From contig JBHLPW010000030.1 in the NCBI GenBank assembly GCA_048939015.1, forward strand, positions 1-57,538: a stretch of 57,538 nucleotides of DNA, in the 5' to 3' direction. The translations under genes and the position numbers were made by a program. The stretch is from Promethearchaeota archaeon (lineage in GTDB: Archaea; Asgardarchaeota; Lokiarchaeia; Sigyniarchaeales; SOKP01). Position 1 is the first letter of the stretch. Every line of letters starts with the position of its first letter. The notes below the pieces were generated by a model. The model saw only the letters and a list, made by a program, of their open reading frames with translations. It was not told the origin of the DNA and did no database searches. This document shows positions 50,759 to 57,538 of this stretch, piece by piece.

Positions 50759-51559
50759 ATGGTTATCCAAAATAATTTTATGAATTGGGATAATCCGGGA
50801 GTAGCATTGATAACTGGAGCCTCTTCAGGAATAGGTGCCGAATTTGCTAGACAATTAGCAAGTCAGGGTTTCGATTTAATTCTAATAGCTAGAAGAAAAG
50901 AGAAATTAGAAGAATTAAGTAAAATGTTGAATGCAAAATATTCCATTACTGCTAATGTTTTAGTCGCAGACTTGTCAAAATTATCTGAAAATGAAAAGAT
51001 AATTTCAAAAATAATAGAATTAAATAATTTAGATATTTTAGTTAATAACGCGGGATTTGGTATTTTTAAATCTTTTCTTCAAATAGAAAGAAGACGATTT
51101 GTTGATATGATTAATCTACACTTCACTAGCCCAGTGACATTTTGTCACGCTGCTATACCTGGAATGATAGAACGAAAAAGAGGTGTTATAATCAATACTT
51201 CATCAATGTCAGCAATTACTAGAGATGCATCATTAATTATGTATACCACCACCAAATCTGCACTTTCTATTTTTTCTGAATTATTACATAAGATTGTTAA
51301 AGGAAAAGGAATTTATATTCAAGCGCTCCATCCAGGTTTTACTTACTCAGAATTTCATGATACAGCAACAATGGAGGGTTTCAATAGAGATACGTTTCCT
51401 GATGAAAGATGGATGGATGCTGAAAAAGTAGTATCACTATCTTTAGCTAATGTTAAAACAAAGAAAGTAATTTTTATTCCTGGAGAAATTAATCAAGAGT
51501 TAGCTGAACAAGATCGAATAAGAAAAAAGAAAAATTACCTTAATTATAACATTTTTTAA
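50759..51559 (+). CDS. short-chain dehydrogenase/reductase
   Basis: TGASSGIG, NNAGFG, YTTTK, PGFTYSEF. Confidence 0.92.
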   Translation: MVIQNNFMNWDNPGVALITGASSGIGAEFARQLASQGFDLILIARRKEKLEELSKMLNAKYSITANVLVADLSKLSENEKIISKIIELNNLDILVNNAGFGIFKSFLQIERRRFVDMINLHFTSPVTFCHAAIPGMIERKRGVIINTSSMSAITRDASLIMYTTTKSALSIFSELLHKIVKGKGIYIQALHPGFTYSEFHDTATMEGFNRDTFPDERWMDAEKVVSLSLANVKTKKVIFIPGEINQELAEQDRIRKKKNYLNYNIF

Positions 51560-51614
51560 GTTAAGTGCAATACCAATCGTATAGCTTCAAAAGATCTTTG
51601 ATGATAACGAATTT

Positions 51615-52520
51615 CTATCCTAACGTTATTTTAAGTCGATTAAGCATTGTTATTATAAATTGAGACGTTTCTTCATGTATATACATAGTATCTCTCACGT
51701 AGTTTTGAAGTAACTCTTTCAATTCTAAATAATAAAGTTCTTTATCAAGAGCTTGGGGATCTTCCTTAATATTTACCTCGTTTAAATGAAGAGACGCCAT
51801 TTCTTGAAAAATTAATTCCATAATTAATTCAATATAGGTTTTTTGCAAAAGTTTTTCGTCTTTCTCATTCAATTCGTAATATTGACTCACTGCTTTTTCT
51901 CGAATTCTAATTAGCTCTATTATATTCTCTTTTATTTCATATGGTATGTATAATGCCCCAATCTTCGTGATTAAGGTGTCTAAATCAACTGAAATATCCA
52001 AGGAAGCAATATATTTCTCAATATAAGATAGAAATCTTATTAAAAACTTAAATGAATCAATCTGAGAATCAACTTTCCATGTTTTATACAAAAATCCCCA
52101 ATCCGGCAGAACTAAATCATCAAAAGCTTCTAATATCTTTTTTTTTAATCGTCCTATTAGGTCCACATTATAATAGTGAGCTTCCTTATAGGGTTTATCA
52201 AGATTATAGAATTTATATTCATAGGGTTTTCCATTTTCTTTGAATTCTCGCAAATGAAAGATGGTTTTCGATTCTTGGCCTAAATGTTCCTTTTTCCCTA
52301 ACTCAGCAGCAAATTTTATAATATATTTGCACTCAGGACACGTTGTGACCCACGATCGACTCACTATATTCTGAGGGTGAACTCCTCCATTTGTTTTCTT
52401 ATATTTAAATTTATTAACTATATGAACTGGAGCACTTACTTCATATTTCAATTTCTCGAGATGAAAAAATCTTGGAATGAACTCATAACTACATAAAGGA
52501 CACTTAATTTTCTTCTTCAT
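51615..52520 (-). CDS. hypothetical protein, N-terminal zinc ribbon + helical C-terminal domain
   Basis: CPLC...CPEC. Confidence 0.65.
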   Translation of the reverse strand: MKKKIKCPLCSYEFIPRFFHLEKLKYEVSAPVHIVNKFKYKKTNGGVHPQNIVSRSWVTTCPECKYIIKFAAELGKKEHLGQESKTIFHLREFKENGKPYEYKFYNLDKPYKEAHYYNVDLIGRLKKKILEAFDDLVLPDWGFLYKTWKVDSQIDSFKFLIRFLSYIEKYIASLDISVDLDTLITKIGALYIPYEIKENIIELIRIREKAVSQYYELNEKDEKLLQKTYIELIMELIFQEMASLHLNEVNIKEDPQALDKELYYLELKELLQNYVRDTMYIHEETSQFIITMLNRLKITLG

Positions 52521-52663
52521 TCTACTAGTTTAAATTATTTTAAATTATTTTAACGCATTCCTTCTCTATATAATTTTAAGTGAACATCTCTTTTAAAAAT
52601 TGAATACTAATTTAGTAATAACAAATAGCAATATTAATTTAATTTTAAATTTCTATAAATAAG

Positions 52664-53821
52664 TTATAAATACTTCTCTTCTCCATCATCTTGTAACTTT
52701 TTAATTTTTTTAGAGAAATTTGGATCAACAAAAGTATCAACTAATCCTAGTATTAGATTACTAACAAGACTTTCTCTTTCAACCTCAAAAGGTCCTCTTG
52801 ATTTTTTAATGTGATAAATCATTTCATCTTGTTTTACTTCACCTTCAAGAATAACATATAGCTTATACTTAAAATTTGGTTTTGGTCCGTTTAGGTTGAC
52901 GCTAGCAACCAATGTCTTACCCACTCTGCAATTTATCGGTTCGGGTAAGTTAAAAATGTAAAAACCTTCGTTTTTTTCATCAAAAACTATTCTTTTACCA
53001 ACGACAAAAGCCTCTAATGGTTCAATATTCACGCCAAATTTAGTTGTTTCGAAAGGTATTTTAGAGTCTGCTTGAATATTGATCATGTATTTTTCCTGCA
53101 CTGCTATAGCTTTATCTTTATACTGTACATCTTTAAATCCGATTTTAATGTCAATTAATTCATTAAACGAAATTGTATCTTTGATTTTTTTGCTATCTGA
53201 AATTTGTTTTACTTCTTTTAAAATCTGTCTATGATCCTCTTGTAATTTATTAAGAGCATTTTCAACTTGTTCTCGAATATTATTTAGATAATCAGGTACC
53301 AATTTGCTTTGAGAAGATATATCATTCAATTCTAATACTAATTTGTCATAATATTCCCGATTTTGGATTTCTAATTTCTTTAAATTAATACTTATGTATG
53401 CGATTGTTTCTATAGGTTTGAAATTAGTAAGATAAACTTTGATATTTGTTTTAATCTTTTCCAATAAATCTAGTTCCTCTGAATTTAAAGGATTATCTTT
53501 ATAAATCGACTCATCCACTTTTAAAATAAAATCAAGATAAGTCTCAACGAGTTCATCGATAAAGTTCTCTATTGCTGTAAAGCTTTTTTTCTCCTTAAAT
53601 GATTTCTTCAATTTTATTAATCGTTTCTTTATCAAATCACCAGAAATTCCTAATCTGTTTAATAATTCATCCAAATTGAAGCCTTCATCTTCGCATGTAT
53701 CACTAATAACTCGTGCTACATGCTTATCTATTTTATGATAACCCCACCACTTCTGAAGCTTTCCCTTTAGAAATAACTTTGAGACTTCTGAGATTCCCTC
53801 TTGAAGGATTGAAAAAAACAT
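52664..53821 (-). CDS. hypothetical protein: helical/coiled-coil N-terminus, beta-rich C-terminus
   Basis: 385-aa ORF with GAAGGT RBS; no family recognised. Confidence 0.65.
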   Translation of the reverse strand: MFFSILQEGISEVSKLFLKGKLQKWWGYHKIDKHVARVISDTCEDEGFNLDELLNRLGISGDLIKKRLIKLKKSFKEKKSFTAIENFIDELVETYLDFILKVDESIYKDNPLNSEELDLLEKIKTNIKVYLTNFKPIETIAYISINLKKLEIQNREYYDKLVLELNDISSQSKLVPDYLNNIREQVENALNKLQEDHRQILKEVKQISDSKKIKDTISFNELIDIKIGFKDVQYKDKAIAVQEKYMINIQADSKIPFETTKFGVNIEPLEAFVVGKRIVFDEKNEGFYIFNLPEPINCRVGKTLVASVNLNGPKPNFKYKLYVILEGEVKQDEMIYHIKKSRGPFEVERESLVSNLILGLVDTFVDPNFSKKIKKLQDDGEEKYL

Positions 53822-54015
53822 TTTTTACCTTCATATAATTATTAATGGAGATTTATAATGTAATCTTCGGAGCATTTATAATTAAAGTTTACTATCCAAT
53901 TATTTATTCAAATTTTCTCCCCTTTTCTTAAGATACGAATTACCTTTAATTTTCAACAGAGAATATAATTAAAAAAAAAGTAAATTTTAAAATTTGATTT
54001 CCAGTAGTAATGCGA

Positions 54016-54351
54016 CTATTCAGGCATCTTTATACCAATCATATCCAAAGCTTCGTGTACTTTAAATCGAACATCCATCTGGTATCTGTATCCTTCAATA
54101 TCATGATAATTTGTCAAAAATCTTTGCTCTATGGCTAAAAATTCTTCCAATTTTCCTTCTTTTATGTCCCAGACACCGATGACCTCAATGCCCGCCGTTG
54201 TCGCTTTTATCGCATTTGGTATTATCTCTTTTCCCTTGTCTCTTAATTGAGACCGAAGATCCTTAAGAGTTTTCACATATATCTCCGCTAATATCTTTGA
54301 TGCATGAGGCGGAAATATCGACGTAACAAACACATATGGCACATGGCTCAC
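54016..54351 (-). CDS. small conserved hypothetical protein (possible dimeric alpha+beta barrel)
   Basis: PYVFVTSIFPP...IKEGKLEE...IEGYRY...EALDMIG; GTG start at 54351 or 54342. Confidence 0.6.
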   Translation of the reverse strand: MSHVPYVFVTSIFPPHASKILAEIYVKTLKDLRSQLRDKGKEIIPNAIKATTAGIEVIGVWDIKEGKLEEFLAIEQRFLTNYHDIEGYRYQMDVRFKVHEALDMIGIKMPE

Positions 54352-54540
54352 CCATTTTTGATTCTACATAAAACCGAAGTTTATGCAATCTTTGAATTAA
54401 TTTGCTTCCATATAAAGCCTTACATTTTTTTTATTAGTAATATGAATGCGGTGATTTATTTCAGGATTAATTTTAAAACATTAGGGAACTTCCCTACAAA
54501 CATAAATAGTTGAAAATCCAAATAAATAATAAGTGATTTT

Positions 54541-57531
54541 ATGCTATTCAATAATTTCGATATATCACAAGTGAAACGAGCGTCAAATGAACATCAAATA
54601 GAACATATTTTTGAAACTCTGTTCGATGAAGCGAATTTGACTTACCAAGAACAACACCGATTATTAAAAGGGAGACCTGATTCCCTAATTGGGGATATCA
54701 TAATAGATTTCAAATTTAATATCTCTGAACGTAAGTTGAGTCAATGGGTTCAATCTATTGGAAAGCAGTACCTGCAGGAATATTACAAGCTCAATGGGAA
54801 AAATGCTTCATTATTAATAGTCATCTCTGAGGAATTTATTGCATATTACGATCAATCATTAGTATTAAGAGAAAAACGAGAGATCAATCTAAAATCCATT
54901 AAATCCTTGATCGAGTGCCTACTTGAACCACGAATGGTGAATTCTGAACAATTTGCCACTTTATTTGGTATTAATTCACCACTCTATATTTTATCATATG
55001 CTCGATTAGAACAGCATTTTGATGATCATAGTGGTGAAAAAACTCCTTGTTTTAGTGAATGGAAGAAACATTTTAGGTTAGCTTATCATGATGATGAGGT
55101 TGGGAAGGAATTATTTCTTAGGCATTCATATCTTAGTATGTTGCTCAAACTTATTCTCTATAAAGAATTCATTAGCCCTCCCCAATATAGTCGTGATACT
55201 TTTAAAGATATGGAAAATTACTTTGAACTCCATGGTATTTCTTTATTTCATTATGACTTCTTCCGATGGGTTATAAATGTTCTAGGATTATGTGATGAAT
55301 TTTTTTCTAAATTAAAAACCATGTCATTCGAAGCAACTGATATTTTCCGTACCATCTATCAAGAAATGATCATTGCTGGAGTACGGCATAAATTAGGCGA
55401 ATATTATACTCCTGAAATTCTATGTAAAAAAATGGTTGAAAAATCATTCAAAGTAGGAGAAAGAGTTTTAGATTCTTCATGTGGTTCAGGTACATTTCTT
55501 ATTGAATGCTGTAAGAAGATTGATACTCATTTTAAAGTAAAACATAATGTAGAGCCCCCGCAGGAATGGTTTAAGGCAGTTAATAACATTATAGGATTTG
55601 ATATTAACCCTATAGCAGTGTTAACATCCAAAGCCAATTTAATTTTGTATTATAAAGAAAGGAAAAATTGGTTGCAGCGAATTTCAGTTAATATTTATTT
55701 ATGCAATTCCATTGAGCCTATTGAATTTGCAGTAAGTGGTGATTTAAAGTTAGGTGCCTACTATACTTTTTGTGTAGATTTAATAGGGTCAGAAAAAAAT
55801 TTAAGAATTCCTGCAGAAGCACTTCAAAGAAAACATATAGAATCCTTTGATAAAGTAATTAAAACTTTTTATAATGTATGGGAAGCTTTTGACACTTTTG
55901 ATTCGGTATGGGAGGCTGTAATCAATGCCCTTTCATCTGATATAAAAATTAACTTTCTAAATATCCACGCAAAAGGGACTGCAGTACCATTAGGAACAAT
56001 TTTAAAGGACTTTTTTTCAGAGTTACATCAACTAAAACTGCAAGATAAAGACCATATTTGGTTATTTTTGCTTAATAATTTGGTAGGGATTCGGTCCATA
56101 TTATTACATCGAAAGATGGATTTAATTATTACGAATCCCCCATGGATTACCTATAAAGATGCAGATGAGCGATTAAAATTAAATATGAAAAAAATTTCAG
56201 ACCAGTTTGACATAAATCCAGGATCAAAGAATATCACTAACATAGAAGAAGCAGTAATATTTCTATACAAAATTCCTGATTTATATTTACGAGAAATGGG
56301 AAAAATTGCTTTTGTTATGCCTCATTCCTTAATAGTTTCCTCACAAAATGAGAAAGCTAGACGGTTTGAATTATTTAATAATATTGAACTATTTGAATTT
56401 GATGACTTGGTTTTTAATATTGATTGTTGTTGTATCTTTGCCACCTATATTGGAAATGATACTATAAAAATTGATATTGAAGAAAAATACCCAATTATGT
56501 GTTACTTCTTAGATCATGAAACCACTGAAGAAATACGTAGATACTCATTACAACCGTTTGCACTTTTTCAACCAGAAAAGAATTCAAAAATATTAGTGAA
56601 AAAATTAATTACTCCTGAAGAGAAAGAGACTATTTTACCCATTTATCTCTCAGATTATATCAATGCATTCATTCAAGGTGCTGATCTGATACCTAAATCT
56701 CTTTTATTATGTGAGATCGAAACAGTCGTACAAGATGGGAAATTAACAGTAATAAAACCTTGGATATCACCATTAGCCAAAGGTATTTGGAAAAAACGTC
56801 ATTATAAGAGTGTAAGAGTAGAAAGTGAAAACATATTTCAAACAACTCTTTCTCGAGGGTTATACCCTTTTTATATTGAACAATATCCAACATTTCTTCC
56901 CTTAGACAAGACATTTAAATATAATCCTGCTAATTTAGGTCCTTTTAGTAAAAAGCACTGGAATAACATCTCAGGAATATTTACTCGGTATAATAAAAAA
57001 GATTTATTCGGAGTAGGGATTAACTATCGCAATAAATTATGCGTAAATAATGTAGTGCGAAAATCTCAGCAAAAGCAAATCAAAGTAGTATTTCCTAACG
57101 CCAAAAATTTGACTTCGGCAGTTATTCATGATCCAGAGGGAAGAATCTACATCGACTCAACGCTTTATTATTATGGAATAGATAATGAAAATGAAGCATA
57201 TTATCTCTGTGGGATGCTAAATGTGAGAAAATTAGCAGAAACAGTAAAATCCATTGCTGATACACGTCATCATCATAAAAGACCCCTTTACTTCAATATA
57301 CCTTATTTTGAAGGGAATGATACCCAAATAAAGATTGCGAATCTTGCAAGGCAATGTGAAGAGATAATCCAAAAATATGTCTCTAGTTCAGAGAATCCAA
57401 AAATAAGTAGGATTTATCAATTAATTGAGAGCCTGTTAAAAGAGATAGAAGAAAAGGGCATAGAAATCCTTACATCAGAAGAAGGTCAAAAAATAGTAAA
57501 GGAATATGAAATTGGAATTGATGAAAAATAG
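54541..57531 (+). CDS. type IIG-like restriction-modification enzyme (PD-(D/E)xK nuclease + N6-adenine methyltransferase + target recognition region)
   Basis: GRPDSLIGDIIIDFK; LGEYYTP; LDSSCGSGTFL; GFDINP; ITNPPW. Confidence 0.85.
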   Translation: MLFNNFDISQVKRASNEHQIEHIFETLFDEANLTYQEQHRLLKGRPDSLIGDIIIDFKFNISERKLSQWVQSIGKQYLQEYYKLNGKNASLLIVISEEFIAYYDQSLVLREKREINLKSIKSLIECLLEPRMVNSEQFATLFGINSPLYILSYARLEQHFDDHSGEKTPCFSEWKKHFRLAYHDDEVGKELFLRHSYLSMLLKLILYKEFISPPQYSRDTFKDMENYFELHGISLFHYDFFRWVINVLGLCDEFFSKLKTMSFEATDIFRTIYQEMIIAGVRHKLGEYYTPEILCKKMVEKSFKVGERVLDSSCGSGTFLIECCKKIDTHFKVKHNVEPPQEWFKAVNNIIGFDINPIAVLTSKANLILYYKERKNWLQRISVNIYLCNSIEPIEFAVSGDLKLGAYYTFCVDLIGSEKNLRIPAEALQRKHIESFDKVIKTFYNVWEAFDTFDSVWEAVINALSSDIKINFLNIHAKGTAVPLGTILKDFFSELHQLKLQDKDHIWLFLLNNLVGIRSILLHRKMDLIITNPPWITYKDADERLKLNMKKISDQFDINPGSKNITNIEEAVIFLYKIPDLYLREMGKIAFVMPHSLIVSSQNEKARRFELFNNIELFEFDDLVFNIDCCCIFATYIGNDTIKIDIEEKYPIMCYFLDHETTEEIRRYSLQPFALFQPEKNSKILVKKLITPEEKETILPIYLSDYINAFIQGADLIPKSLLLCEIETVVQDGKLTVIKPWISPLAKGIWKKRHYKSVRVESENIFQTTLSRGLYPFYIEQYPTFLPLDKTFKYNPANLGPFSKKHWNNISGIFTRYNKKDLFGVGINYRNKLCVNNVVRKSQQKQIKVVFPNAKNLTSAVIHDPEGRIYIDSTLYYYGIDNENEAYYLCGMLNVRKLAETVKSIADTRHHHKRPLYFNIPYFEGNDTQIKIANLARQCEEIIQKYVSSSENPKISRIYQLIESLLKEIEEKGIEILTSEEGQKIVKEYEIGIDEK

Positions 57532-57538
57532 AATTGAA

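Noticed and set aside
1102-56914. Numerous short ORFs in the track that overlap longer genes (e.g. 1102, 4987, 8609, 11656, 19304, 29564, 37928, 40108, 43350, 46537, 55088)
   Set aside because: They are antisense or alternate-frame shadows of well-supported genes and have no recognisable motifs.

Overview
AT-rich archaeal window of about 50 CDS, most consistent with an Asgard archaeon (Lokiarchaeia/Promethearchaeota). That assignment is an inference from three Rab-like small GTPase genes, three Roadblock/LC7 genes, GGTG(A)-type ribosome-binding sites, and two copies of a conserved 'EFWGHCSNIQAW' domain that I recall from Lokiarchaeal proteins. No rRNA, tRNA, CRISPR array or intact transposase/integrase was recognised. 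Much of the window is ordinary accessory metabolism (GAPN, Hps, SDRs, GNATs, methyltransferases, MFS, surface proteins), and it ends in a type IIG-like restriction-modification gene. Best leads: (1) a candidate signalling/regulatory locus at 39.5-44.4 kb made of a DNRLRE-domain transmembrane protein with a cytoplasmic EFWGHCSN domain, a degenerate Rab-like GTPase, two Roadblocks and a wHTH-Roadblock fusion whose divergent promoter carries an inverted array of AATATACA boxes. The same EFWGHCSN domain is fused directly to another degenerate Rab-like GTPase at 22.2-23.3 kb. (2) A 1279-aa TPR-like-nitrilase fusion. (3) A 3.7-kb cold-shock/zinc-finger segment bounded by a 113-bp direct repeat, with a structured-RNA candidate upstream of csp. 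(4) Four genes that appear to start at ATC/ATA/ATT behind a GGTG/AGTG motif. All functional calls come from motif recognition by eye; no database searches were run.
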